A DNA stretch of 64,000 nt, taken from Candidatus Latescibacterota bacterium. GTDB taxonomy: Bacteria > Latescibacterota > UBA2968 > GCA-2709665. The stretch lies in contig OZ244744.1 of assembly GCA_965219455.1 (NCBI GenBank), forward strand, positions 4,992,001-5,056,000. The letters are read 5' to 3'. The notes under the pieces are model-generated. The model had not been told where the DNA came from. It made no database searches and saw only the letters and a program-made list of their open reading frames with translations. Each line of letters starts with the position of its first letter. Within the stretch, counting starts at the first letter, position 1. A program made the translations under genes and the position numbers. Positions 17,880 through 28,867 of this stretch are shown here, piece by piece.

Positions 17880-19190
17880 ATGAATCCGATTGCAGCGCAG
17901 ATCTTGAAGCGATTGCGGCGGTCTGGCAGCATCGGAGATGCGCCGTTACCGGATGAGTTCGTGTGGCCGGCGTACGACGGGTACAGCGTGGCGAACGTCG
18001 CGCCCACGGTGCTGCGGCATTTCGGCATCGGAGGGGTCAGGTCGCCGGCGCTGGCCGCGGAGGTGGTGGGCGGCGAACTGGAGGGCGCCGGGAAACTGGT
18101 GATTATGCTGGCGGATGCCCTGGGCTATCTCACGTTGACCCGGGTGATGGAATCCGGTCCGGTGCCGGGGTTCCGGACGCTGGCGGACCGCGGGAGGTTC
18201 GTGCCGCTCACGTCGGTTTTTCCATCCACCACGGCGTCGGTGCTTTCGTCGTTTCACACGGGGCTGCCTCCGGCCGGACATGGCATCGCGGGATACCGGA
18301 TGTACCTGCCGGACAGAGGATACGTGGCGAATATGATCCGGTTGAGTCCGGAGGTGGACGAACGTCTCGGCCGGATGTTGCCAAACAGCGGAGACGCCCG
18401 GGAATTGCTGGGCGTGCCCACTGTGCACAGGCTCTTGACGGGGGCGGGGGTGTCATCCTATTGCCTGATTCATCGCTCGTTGGCGCACAGCGGCCTGTCC
18501 GAGATGTTGTACGACGGCGCCACCGACGTAATTCCGTTCGTGAATGCGTCGGATCTGTTCATCCAGGTTCGAAGAATGGTGACCACGGATCCGGGTCAGT
18601 CGGCGTGTATCTGGCTCTACACGGATACGCTGGATACGATTCAGCACCGGTACGGCGCCGGCGGGGAAGAACCCGCGGGAGAGATCTGCAGTCTGGGCTA
18701 CTCGTTAGAAAGAGAACTGATTGCGCCTCTCGACGGACAGAAAGTGAGCGCCGCCTTCATGCTTCTCGCGGACCACGGGCACATTCAGGTCGACGAGACG
18801 GATATCGTGCCCGTTGTCACGCTGGAGGGGCTGGAGGGCCGGCTCGCGGCGCCGCCAACCGGGACGGCGCGGTCGGCGTATTTCCACGTGCGCGACGGTG
18901 CGACGCAAGAAGTAAAATCCGCCCTGAAGCGCGGGTTGGCGGACCGGGCATGTGTTGTGGAAACCGAGCGCGCGCTCGCCGATGGCCTGTGGGGGGAGGG
19001 GCCGCGCGCGGCGGGACTTTCCGGCAGGATCGGCGATCTCCTTGCGCTGATGCTTGGTAGCACGACTCTGTTCCACGCGTACAGGGACGACGCCAGGCCC
19101 TCCGACCTCGTTGGCGGCCGTCACGGCGGGTTGCACGAGCGGGAAATGCTGGTGCCCTTCTTTGCGATGAAGTTGGGCGCCGCAGGATGA
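17880..19190 (+). CDS. Alkaline phosphatase superfamily protein (nucleotide pyrophosphatase/phosphodiesterase)
   Basis: LADALGY, SVFPSTT, LDTIQH, LADHGH, GRHGG metal-ligand motifs. Confidence 0.88.
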   Translation: MNPIAAQILKRLRRSGSIGDAPLPDEFVWPAYDGYSVANVAPTVLRHFGIGGVRSPALAAEVVGGELEGAGKLVIMLADALGYLTLTRVMESGPVPGFRTLADRGRFVPLTSVFPSTTASVLSSFHTGLPPAGHGIAGYRMYLPDRGYVANMIRLSPEVDERLGRMLPNSGDARELLGVPTVHRLLTGAGVSSYCLIHRSLAHSGLSEMLYDGATDVIPFVNASDLFIQVRRMVTTDPGQSACIWLYTDTLDTIQHRYGAGGEEPAGEICSLGYSLERELIAPLDGQKVSAAFMLLADHGHIQVDETDIVPVVTLEGLEGRLAAPPTGTARSAYFHVRDGATQEVKSALKRGLADRACVVETERALADGLWGEGPRAAGLSGRIGDLLALMLGSTTLFHAYRDDARPSDLVGGRHGGLHEREMLVPFFAMKLGAAG

Positions 19191-19268
19191 CTCTTTCCAA
19201 TTGAAAGTCCGGAGGGTCTTTGTTCTGGAAACGCCCGTGCGGCAAACCGCCGTACCAGCGGAAAATAG

Positions 19269-19297
19269 TTGACGCCAAACCCGTAAACCGGTATTAT
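19269..19297 (+). promoter_or_regulatory. Promoter of tadA-tRNA-Ser
   Basis: TTGACG-17 bp-TATTAT. Confidence 0.6.
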
Positions 19298-19342
19298 TGT
19301 CCGGCTATTTAGAGGCTTTTCGGTAGACGATTTTTCGCTTGG

Positions 19343-19819
19343 ATGGTGCGCGAATTGACGGATGCGGACGAAGGCGGAATGCAACTGGCGCTTGCCGAGG
19401 CCCGTTGCGCCGGCGATGCCGGTGAAGTGCCGGTCGGGGCGGTGATTCTTCAGAACGGAACGGTGGTCGGGCGGGGGCAGAACCGCATTCTGAGAGATAG
19501 CGATCCCACGGCGCACGCGGAGATGTTGGCCATTCGTTCCGCAACGGCGGGCACGGGAATGAAGTGGCTTGCCGAATGCGTGGTCTACGTCACCCTGGAG
19601 CCGTGCGCGATGTGTGCGGGCGCGCTCGTGCTGGCGCGGGTATCCCGCCTGGTGATCGGTGCCGACGACCCGAAAACTGGCGCCTGCGGTTCGCTCCGGA
19701 ACGTTGTCGATGACCCCAGACTCAACCATAGGATCGACGTTCGTCGAGGCGTGCTCGAAGAACCCTGTTCGGAGATGTTGAAACAGTTCTTTCAAAATCT
19801 GCGCCGGAAAGACGCGTGA
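19343..19819 (+). CDS. tadA: tRNA adenosine(34) deaminase
   Basis: GEVPVGAV, DPTAHAE, TLEPCAMCAGA, DPKTGACGS, LNHR. Confidence 0.96.
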   Translation: MVRELTDADEGGMQLALAEARCAGDAGEVPVGAVILQNGTVVGRGQNRILRDSDPTAHAEMLAIRSATAGTGMKWLAECVVYVTLEPCAMCAGALVLARVSRLVIGADDPKTGACGSLRNVVDDPRLNHRIDVRRGVLEEPCSEMLKQFFQNLRRKDA

Positions 19820-19876
19820 CGCAACGCCGGAAGTCGGTGTCGCGAACGGATTTCGGGCGTGTCCCCGCATTTGTGC

Positions 19877-19967
<91 letters not shown>

Positions 19968-20039
19968 ATAATCCTTGCAAAGTATTCATTCTAGACGCGT
20001 TATGCGGATTCGTAGATCATACAGTATCCTTTCTATGCT

Positions 20040-20418
20040 CAATTACGGACGGGCGTGGCGGGTTCGCTCAGCTTTCCGCTCATGGTAGCATCCGCGCCCG
20101 ACGCTTTCTTCCACCGCCGGCGGCCGATCTTCGTCATCTTCTTGATCGCGAGATCGGAGAACCGTTTCTGACCCCCGGGTTGACCAGACGGCGGCGGTCG
20201 CCACGCGTCCCTCGCGTCGCCAGAGAGCCACAGCGTCACATCGCCGCGCTGCACGAGCGCTCGTTCGTACGCCCGCCAATTCCCAACGCGATAACTGGTC
20301 TTGTACTTCGGATGAATCCTCGACTTCATGGCGAGATCGTGCACCGTCGGCCGTCAATAAGACGAGCGGATCGGCGATCGCCTACCGGAGCGCGGCGGCG
20401 GAGCGGTGCACCAACGCC
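20040..20418 (-). mobile_element. Internally deleted IS5-family (IS903-group-like) remnant
   Basis: YKTSYRVGNWRAYERALVQRGDVTLW...RFSDLAI is joined directly to the C-terminal GRRRWKKASG. Likely terminus GGCGTTGGTGCA at 20407-20418. Confidence 0.7.
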
Positions 20419-20590
20419 TCTTATACGGGGTTTTGCCCGATAATGCAGCTGCCTCGCCTTATGAAATGGATGCTGCTCTTGACCGTATCGGAAATGCGGA
20501 ACCCGGACTGAAGCGGGACAATAACCTGGTCGAACTCAAACGGAAATGGAACTCGCGTTGAAGCTCGCCAATTGACCGTCCGCCGACGTC

Positions 20591-20692
20591 CTGCGGGGCA
20601 TCAGCGGCGAGATCGCGCACGCGGACACGTTCGACAACGACCGCAGCCGTGCCGGCATAAGGGCCGACTACATGCTCGCCAATCCGCCCTAC
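20591..20692 (+). pseudogene. Type I R-M methyltransferase (HsdM-like) fragment
   Basis: Unlisted frame reads LRGISGEIAHADTFDNDR...RADYMLANPPY (catalytic motif IV context). Confidence 0.6.
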
Positions 20693-20715
20693 GCAAACTT
20701 CGCCCAGGTGCAGCG

Positions 20716-23634
20716 ATGCAGTTGACGCTCACCCCTCACCACGCCAAGTACTTCGCCCACGACCTGACGCGTCGTGCCGCCAGCGGAATGGACCGCCTGT
20801 CGATGGCGCTGTTTGATGCGGCCGTTGACCTGAACCCGCATCAGATCGAGGCATCGCTCTTCGCCCTGCAATCGCCTCTCTCCAAGGGTGTCATCCTGGC
20901 CGACGAGGTTGGCCTCGGGAAGACGATCGAGGCGGGAATTGTGCTGTGCCAGTTATGGGCGGAACGTAAGCGCCGTCTGCTGGTGATCTGCCCAGCTTCC
21001 ATCCGCAAGCAGTGGGCGCTGGAGCTGGAGGAGAAGTTCAATTTACCCGTGCGGGTGCTCGACGCGAAGGTCTATCGCGAAGCCAAGCAGAGCGGCCAAA
21101 CCCCGCTTGGCACAAATGCCGTCGTCGTCATGTCGCACCACTATGCGAACCGCCTGCGCGAGGAACTCAAGACGGTTGCCTGGGACTTGGTCGTCATCGA
21201 CGAAGCCCACAAGCTGCGCAACGCGTACCGTCCGAGCAATAAGGTTGGTCAGGGAATACGCTGGGCCACGGAGGACTGTCGCAAACTGCTTCTGACCGCG
21301 ACGCCGCTGCAGAACTCACTCCTTGAGCTGTACGGCCTCTCGACACTCATCGACGAGCGCCTCTTCGGCGATGTCAACTCGTTCCGGTCTCAGTACGCCA
21401 GTGCAGGCAGCAATCTCGAAGCCCTACGGCAACGGCTTTCGGTCTTTTGCAAGCGTACCCTCCGCAACGAGGTGATGGAGTACATCCGATACACGGAGCG
21501 GCGCCCGATCACGCGGCCATTCAAGCCGACGGACGAGGAACACGCGCTCTACGAGGCGGTCTCCGGCTTTCTTCAGCGAGAGGACAGCTTCGCACTCCCC
21601 CAGAGGCAGAGGCATCTCACTGCCTTGATTCTACGGAAGTTGCTCGCCTCGTCGTCGCAGGCCATTGCTGCCACGCTCGACACACTGCGGGTACGTCTTG
21701 AGACGCTGCGTGACGAACAGGCGAGCAGCGATCCCGAGTTCACGGAGCAGCTCATCGAGGCCGAGGAAATCGAGGACGATCTGCTCGACGAGATCCTCGC
21801 GGAGAGCGAGGACGCTGACCAGCCCCCCGCGCATCCGGTCGCCATCGACCGGCAGAAGCTGCGAGAGGAGATCGGCGTCCTCCAGCGTCTCGCCACTTGG
21901 GCGCGCGCCATCGGAATCGACACCAAGACCCAGGCGCTACTCAAGGCGCTGGAGATCGGTTTCGAGCAGATGGTCACGACGGGCGCCGCGCGCAAGGCGC
22001 TGATCTTCACCGAGTCACGTCGGACCCAGGAGTACCTGAAGGGCTTCCTCGAATCGCATGGCTACCGGGGGCAGGTCGTTCTCTTCAACGGCACGAATGG
22101 CGGGCCGGAGGCCACCGCGATCTACCAGCGCTGGGCAGAAGAGAACCGCGACACCGGCCGTGCCTCAGGCTCGCGGGCGGTGGACGTACGCACGGCGCTC
22201 ATCGAGCAGTTCCGGGACGAGGCGACCATCCTGCTCGCCACCGAGGCAGCGGCGGAGGGCATCAACCTCCAGTTCTGCTCGCTTGTCGTGAACTACGACC
22301 TGCCCTGGAACCCGCAGCGCATCGAGCAGCGCATCGGCCGCTGCCACCGCTACGGACAGAAGCACGACGTGGTCGTGATCAACTTCCTGAATGAACGCAA
22401 CGACGCGGACCGCCGCGTCCTGGAGCTCTTAACCGAGAAGTTCAGCCTCTTCAACGGTGTCTTCGGCGCTTCGGACGAGGTGCTCGGCAGCATCGAATCG
22501 GGTGTCGATTTCGAAAAGCGCATCTTGGCTATCTACCAGGAGTGTCGAACGCCCGAAGAGATCGACGCCGCCTTCCGCACGCTGCAAGCCGAGATGGACG
22601 AGCAGATCCGAACGCGGCTCGACGACACCCGGCGCACGCTCTTCGAGCACTTCGACGAGGACGTGCACCAGCGGCTCCGCCTCCAGCTTGCCGACGCCCA
22701 GGCCCAGCTCGACCGCGTGGGTAGGCGGTTCTGGTCGCTCACGCGCTTCATGCTCGATGGGCGGGCACGGTTCGACGACGTGGTATTGGCCTTCCATCTG
22801 GAGCACCCGCCCCGTCCCGAGATCCTTAAAGGGCGATACCACCTGATCTCGAAGTCGCATCCCAAGTCTGGAACAGTCGCCGATGAGGACGGCGACGAGA
22901 CCCAGGGTGTCTTCCTGTATCGCTTAGCGCACCCGCTCGGCGAGCATGTCGTGGACGGTGCAAAAGCGCTTTCCACCCCGCCCGAGCGGATTGTCTTCGA
23001 CGTGACCAGCCATCCGACGCGTCTCCACGTGATCGAGGCGCTACGCGGGAAAGCCGGTTATCTGACCCTGACTCGTCTTACCATTGACTCCTACGAGCGG
23101 GAGGAGTACCTGCTCTTCTCCGGTTTCGATGAGGCCGGAGTGTCGCTCGACCAGGAGACGATGGAGAAGCTGTTCGGTTGTGCAGGCCAAATCGCCCCTG
23201 ATAGGGACGGCGAAGGCACGATCCCGGCTGCGGTGACACAACGCCTCGACGGCGACTCCCAGCGCCACACGCGGGCCACGGTAAGCCGCTCGCTGGAGCA
23301 GAACAACACGCATTTCAACGAGGCGCGCGAGAAGCTCGAAAGGTGGGCTGACGACATGGTGCTCTCGGCGGAGAAGGCGCTCATGGACACCAAAGAGCAG
23401 ATCAAGGCTTTGCGCCGTCAGGCGCGGCAGGCGGCCACGCTCGCCGAGCAGCACGAGATTCAGGAGAAGATCCAGAAGCTCGAGCGCCAGCAACGCCGCC
23501 AGCGCCAGGAGATCTTCAAGGCCGAGGACCAGATCATCGAGAAGCGCGACCAACTCATCGACTCGCTGGAGCGCCGGCTGGCACAGCGAGTCGAAACGGA
23601 GACACTTTTCACCATCCGCTGGGCGGTCGTGTAG
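20716..23634 (+). CDS. SNF2-family helicase associated with the type III R-M genes
   Basis: ADEVGLGKT, DEAHKL, LTATPLQNS, EGINLQ, YDLPWNPQRIEQRIGRCHRYGQ. C-terminal coiled coil. Confidence 0.92.
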   Translation: MQLTLTPHHAKYFAHDLTRRAASGMDRLSMALFDAAVDLNPHQIEASLFALQSPLSKGVILADEVGLGKTIEAGIVLCQLWAERKRRLLVICPASIRKQWALELEEKFNLPVRVLDAKVYREAKQSGQTPLGTNAVVVMSHHYANRLREELKTVAWDLVVIDEAHKLRNAYRPSNKVGQGIRWATEDCRKLLLTATPLQNSLLELYGLSTLIDERLFGDVNSFRSQYASAGSNLEALRQRLSVFCKRTLRNEVMEYIRYTERRPITRPFKPTDEEHALYEAVSGFLQREDSFALPQRQRHLTALILRKLLASSSQAIAATLDTLRVRLETLRDEQASSDPEFTEQLIEAEEIEDDLLDEILAESEDADQPPAHPVAIDRQKLREEIGVLQRLATWARAIGIDTKTQALLKALEIGFEQMVTTGAARKALIFTESRRTQEYLKGFLESHGYRGQVVLFNGTNGGPEATAIYQRWAEENRDTGRASGSRAVDVRTALIEQFRDEATILLATEAAAEGINLQFCSLVVNYDLPWNPQRIEQRIGRCHRYGQKHDVVVINFLNERNDADRRVLELLTEKFSLFNGVFGASDEVLGSIESGVDFEKRILAIYQECRTPEEIDAAFRTLQAEMDEQIRTRLDDTRRTLFEHFDEDVHQRLRLQLADAQAQLDRVGRRFWSLTRFMLDGRARFDDVVLAFHLEHPPRPEILKGRYHLISKSHPKSGTVADEDGDETQGVFLYRLAHPLGEHVVDGAKALSTPPERIVFDVTSHPTRLHVIEALRGKAGYLTLTRLTIDSYEREEYLLFSGFDEAGVSLDQETMEKLFGCAGQIAPDRDGEGTIPAAVTQRLDGDSQRHTRATVSRSLEQNNTHFNEAREKLERWADDMVLSAEKALMDTKEQIKALRRQARQAATLAEQHEIQEKIQKLERQQRRQRQEIFKAEDQIIEKRDQLIDSLERRLAQRVETETLFTIRWAVV

Positions 23635-24810
23635 TGGCGCGCTCCATCAACGAACGACAAGGGACGGAGATCGGATGAGCCAGAAGTACGAGAAGCTGAA
23701 AACGCTGCTGAAGGAGCTGTTCCAGCTCGACCAACCCGACCTGGATTTCGGCCTCTACCGCGTGCTGCACGCCAAGAGTGCCGAGGTGTTGCAGTTCCTG
23801 GACAAGGACCTGCTGCCGCAGGTGCGGGCGGCCTTCAGCCAATATAAGACCGCTGACAAGGCGGAGCTGGAGAAGGAACTGTCGAAGGTGATCGCGGGCG
23901 TCGAGGCGGCGGGAATGAATCCGGACGACTCGCCCAAGGTCAAGGACCTGCGCGCCCGGCTCAAGAGCGACGCGGTGGACATCGGCGCGCTGGAGAGCGA
24001 GGTCTACGACCACCTGTTCAGCTTCTTCCGCCGCTACTACTCCGAGGGCGACTTTCTCGCTAAGCGGGTCTACAAGCTGGGCGTCTACGCCATCCCCTAC
24101 GAGGGCGAGGAGGTCACGCTCCACTGGGCCAACAAGGACCAGTACTACATTAAGACCACCGAGTACCTGCGCGACTACGCTTTCCGCCTGAAGCCGGACG
24201 ACGACCAGAGGCCCATGCGCGTACACTTCAGGCTGGCAGACGCCGCCGAGGGCGAGCACGGCAACGTCAAGGCCGTCGAGGGCAAGGACCGCGTATTCAT
24301 TCTGGCGGCGCCGGGCGGATGTGGCCGCGACTTTATCGCAGAGGAAAACGGTGGGCAGGGCAAGGAACTCGTCATCTGCTTCGAGTACCGCCCGGCGACT
24401 CTTACCGACTGGCCCGACGACGAACGCCACGGAAAGAAGAAGCCCCCTGTCCAGACGGACCTGATCGCGGCCGCCGCCACGCGCGTTCTGGCCGTGGCCG
24501 ACGCCGCATTGATGCCGTGGATCGCCGAGCTGGGCAAGCAGCACGTCATGGCGAGCGGCGAGTTGGGCGAATACAGCCGCCTGGATGCGCACCTCAAGCG
24601 GTACGTTGCTCGCAACACCTTCGACTACTTCATTCACAAGGACCTCGGGACTTTCCTCCGCCGGGAGTTGGACTTCTACATCAAGAACGAAATCATGCAC
24701 CTGGACGACCTGGAGAACGAGTCCGCGCCGCGCGTCGAGCAGTATCTCTCCAAGATCAAGGTCATCCGCAAGATCGCGGGCAAGATCATCGCCTTCCTTG
24801 CGCAACTAGA

Positions 24811-26696
24811 CCTAAAATAAGCGAGTATTGGTGTTTGGTGAACAGAATTGCAGATTTGTGCGACGTTGTGGTTGAATGACGTATGTGTGTTGTCTATTGA
24901 GGTGCGCGGGAGGTCGTTTTGAGGTTTGTGGAGTGTAAGTTGGTGTGGTAAAGCGCAGCGTTAGGGGTGTGTTGTTGGTGTCTGGTTGTGGTGTAGGCGT
25001 ATTTGTCCGTTACGTCGCCGTGGGCGTCGTGGATCCCGTGGTATGTGATGACGGTTCGTGCGGGTGTCATGTGAAGCCGGTGCGTTCGATGGTAGCCCAG
25101 GCGCTCAAGAGTCTATTCAGTGACGGCTGATAGCCGATGATGCGCACGGTGGTGCTTCGGGCGTGTCGCACGACACGACAGGGAAAAAGGATGATGTGTG
25201 AGAGGAAGGTCCGGAAGTCCATACGGATATAGTGTCGGCGGTGTTTTTTTCGATGCATCATCAAGGCAAACCACGCCTTGATGTTCCAGGCCAGCGCGGC
25301 GATGACCATGTAGGCCCAGTTGCTGATCAAGTCATACAAGGGCACGCGCAGGGCATTGACGCCGTTCTTGAGCTGTTCGATGACGTTTTCCTGGTCGCAT
25401 CGTTTGTTGGCAGCAAAGACGACCTCGGCGGGCGTCAGGTCGTCGCGCGTGGTGATGTAGAAGAAATAGCGGATTTCGTCGAAGAGGGTCTGCTCACCTT
25501 TGGCCTTACTGATGTTTTTTCGCAGCGCCACAACGCGGTAGGGGCGTTTGCACTTGCCGGGCTGGTAGTCAAACTCGGCCACGTCTTCGAAGTTCAGCGC
25601 CAGCTTGAGGTAGCCCCGCGCCTTGACGATACGCTGCTTCTCATTGTCGCGCCGCTGCCTTTTCTGGGGCGCGTGAGGTCGGTGCAGGCGCTGCCAGTTG
25701 GCTTCGTCAAGGGCCTTGGCCCGTGTTCGTAAGGCGTCATTGCAGTCCATCCCGAAGATGAAATCGACGTCCTTTGCCCAGCGATCGAGGTGAGCCGTAA
25801 GCGAAAAGTCCGTGTCGCCGCGTAGGCACACGCGCTTGGCGTGGGGCTTCACCACCCGGATGGACGCATCGATCCAGGGGGCGGCCCCCTGGTGAGAAGA
25901 CGCGTTGCCCGGACGGTTGACGATATACAGCACCTCTTTGGTATTGGCCAACGATACGATCAGGGGCGCATACCCCCACACGCCCTTGTAGGAGATGTCC
26001 ATGCCGCCCTTCTTCTCCCCATACGTTGGGGCGCTTGTGCCATCCACGTCGATGTACGCTACCGAAGAAAGCAAACTGGCGGCCCGCGTGCGCCACAACT
26101 TAGACCGTACCGCGTTAATGCAGTCCATCAGCCCGATCACGTCAGCTTCCGTGAAGCGACGCGTAAAGTCGCCCGCAGTCGTCGGGTCCGGGATCAGCTT
26201 CGCGTTCAACGCATTCATGTAGGCCTCGTCGTGCCGCAAACGCTCGATGTCTTCCAGACGCGTGCCACCGCACATCACGTTGTAGGCAAGGTTCAACACG
26301 TGATCCGACTCATGATACGGCAGATGAACCTTCAACAGGGACAGTGACGCGTCGATGCGCTTGGGCAGTCCCAGCTTGGTGACCAGGCGATGCACGGCGC
26401 CGATGCCTCCGTAACTCATCGCGTCGGTGTAGGCGCCCACCTCGTAGTGCACTTTGCCAGGGCTGAACATGGGTCGGGGCTGCGCCTGCCAATGCCCCGC
26501 TCGACCGTGGCGGGCGGACACTTTGCGTTTGCGACGAGCACTGTTCCTGCGGCTGTCATCAACCGATATTCTTTTCACCGGAAAGGTCTCCTGCGTTGGA
26601 GTGATGATTTCTAGCGCAATCCATCTATCTCCAACAACGGTAGGCCTTTCCGGTCTCTTGGACCAGAAAAATCTCACCAGTCACGCTTGTTTAAGG
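24811..26696 (-). mobile_element. IS1380-family insertion sequence (1886 bp)
   Basis: Imperfect IRs CCTAAAATAAGCG / CGCTTGTTTAAGG. Flanking direct repeat ACTAGA at 24805-24810 and 26697-26702. Confidence 0.9.
25067..26677 (-). CDS. IS1380-family DDE transposase
   Basis: PDPTTAGDF, IDVDGT, LRGDTDF, RCDQENVIEQLKNG. Confidence 0.9.
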   Translation of the reverse strand: MRFFWSKRPERPTVVGDRWIALEIITPTQETFPVKRISVDDSRRNSARRKRKVSARHGRAGHWQAQPRPMFSPGKVHYEVGAYTDAMSYGGIGAVHRLVTKLGLPKRIDASLSLLKVHLPYHESDHVLNLAYNVMCGGTRLEDIERLRHDEAYMNALNAKLIPDPTTAGDFTRRFTEADVIGLMDCINAVRSKLWRTRAASLLSSVAYIDVDGTSAPTYGEKKGGMDISYKGVWGYAPLIVSLANTKEVLYIVNRPGNASSHQGAAPWIDASIRVVKPHAKRVCLRGDTDFSLTAHLDRWAKDVDFIFGMDCNDALRTRAKALDEANWQRLHRPHAPQKRQRRDNEKQRIVKARGYLKLALNFEDVAEFDYQPGKCKRPYRVVALRKNISKAKGEQTLFDEIRYFFYITTRDDLTPAEVVFAANKRCDQENVIEQLKNGVNALRVPLYDLISNWAYMVIAALAWNIKAWFALMMHRKKHRRHYIRMDFRTFLSHIILFPCRVVRHARSTTVRIIGYQPSLNRLLSAWATIERTGFT

Positions 26697-28867
26697 ACTA
26701 GAGGACTTTCAGACGAAGCTGTGGCTGAAGAAAAAATTCGTGGTCGATACGCAGTACTGCATCGCGGTCGGCTGCATCCACGAGGCGTTCTACGCGGAGA
26801 TCACCGCAAATGAGGCACAGCATGAGGAGTGGGTGAGGCTCTTTTCGATTGACGAGATCAAGGGGGACCGACCCCGACCGCCCCCGGCTACCGCAAGAAA
26901 CTCAAGCCCGAGTTTCTGAAGTCGCACCCGACGCTGGTCGTGGATACGCGGCACTTCGACTTGAGCTTCACCGTGCGGATACTTGAGGCGGTTGGTGATG
27001 TGGAAGAGCAAACCGACGCCGTCCTCTTTGAAGGCGAAAACTTCCAAACGTTGTCAATCATGATGGCGAAGTATCGCGGGGGGATGAAGTGCATCTACGT
27101 AGACCCCCCATATAACACCGGAGACGGTGACTTCCCGTACAAGGACAGTTACCGCTCATCGAGCTGGCTCGCGATGATGAATGATCGACTCGCGCTCAGC
27201 AGGGACCTTTTACCGGCCGATGGTCACTTTGTTGCGCACATTGATGAGCATGAATTTAGATCGCTTGAAGCACTTGGCGAGATCAGCTTTGGAAGCACAT
27301 GCAACATAGGGCCCATCATATGGGATAAAAGGAATCCGAAAGGGGACGCTCGCGGTATTGCAGGGCAGCACGAATACCTTACTTGGCTGATCAAGGACCC
27401 AAGCGTACTGACAAGCGAGGATGCACGACTCCGTAGGCCAAAGGAGAATGCGCAGCAGATTCTAGACAAGGCTGAGGACCTGATCCGCTCACACGGTGGC
27501 ATCAATGGGCACTCCCGACACGCGTTCCGGGAGTGGGTCCGGCAACAGCCATTCAGTGGGGGAGAGCTGGCCTACAACTGGATTGACGAAGATGGTTTGG
27601 TATTTCGACCCGTCTCCATGGCATGGCCCAACAAAAGTAAGGCGCCAGATGACTACTTCAGACCCTTACTCCACCCCCAATCAAAGAAGCCGTGTCCGGT
27701 GCCTGCAAGGGGCTGGCGCAATCCACCCTCCACGATGGAGCGCCTTCTCGCCGACGGCTTGATCCTGTTCGGCCCTGATGAAACGACTCAGCCAACCAGA
27801 AAGTACCTCCTTCGCGACAACATGCATGAGAATGTGCCATCGGTTTTCTATTTCGGTGGCAGCGATGATGCTTTGCAAAGGAACTTCGGCTTCTTCTTTC
27901 CGAATCCAAAGCCGGTTCGGCTGGCGCAGTATGTGACGACCATTGCTCTCGCACAGAAAGGCTGCCTTCTGGACTTCTTCGCCGGGTCCGGCACCACCGG
28001 CCACGCCGTCATCAACCTCAACCGCGAGGACGGCGGCCGGCGCAAATTCATCCTCGTCGAAATGGGCGACTACTTCGACACGGTTCTGCTGCCACGCATC
28101 AAGAAGGTCACCTTCACGCCGGAGTGGAAGGACGGCAAACCCAAGCGCCTCGCTTCGCCGGAGGAAGCCGAGCGCAGCCCGCGTATCATCAAGGTCGTCC
28201 GCCTCGAATCCTACGAAGACGCGCTAAACAACCTGGAGACCCGGCGGACCGACAAGCAGCAACTGCTGCTCGACACCGCCGAAGCGCAGGGTGTCGACGG
28301 CCTCAGGGAGCAATACATCCTGCGCTACATGCTCGATGTCGAGACGCGCGGCAGCCAATCGCTACTCAACGTGCAGGCTTTCACCGACCCCACGGCCTAC
28401 AAGCTGAAGGTCAAGCGCCCCGGTTCGGACGAGAGCCGCGAGGTCAACGTCGATCTACTGGAGACCTTTAACTGGCTGATCGGCCTCACGGTCCGGCACA
28501 TCGCCGCACCACAGACCTTCAGCGCCGCGTTCGAGCGCGACAGCGAGAAGCGCCTGCGGCTGAAGGGCCGCCTCAAGCAGGAGGCAGACGGCCCATACTG
28601 GTTTCGCACTGTCACAGGCGCCACGCCCGATGGCCGCCGAACGCTCGTCATCTGGCGCAAGCTCACCGGCGAGCCGGAGCAGGACAACCTGATACTTGAT
28701 GAGTGGTTTACGAGGCATGGTTACTCGGCCAGGGACAGCGAGTTCGACCTCATCTACGTCAACGGCGGTAACAACCTCGAGAACCTCAAGACCGCCGATG
28801 ATTTGTGGAAGGTGCGGCTTATTGAAGAGGACTTCCATCGCCTGATGTTCGAAATGGAGGAGGCTTG

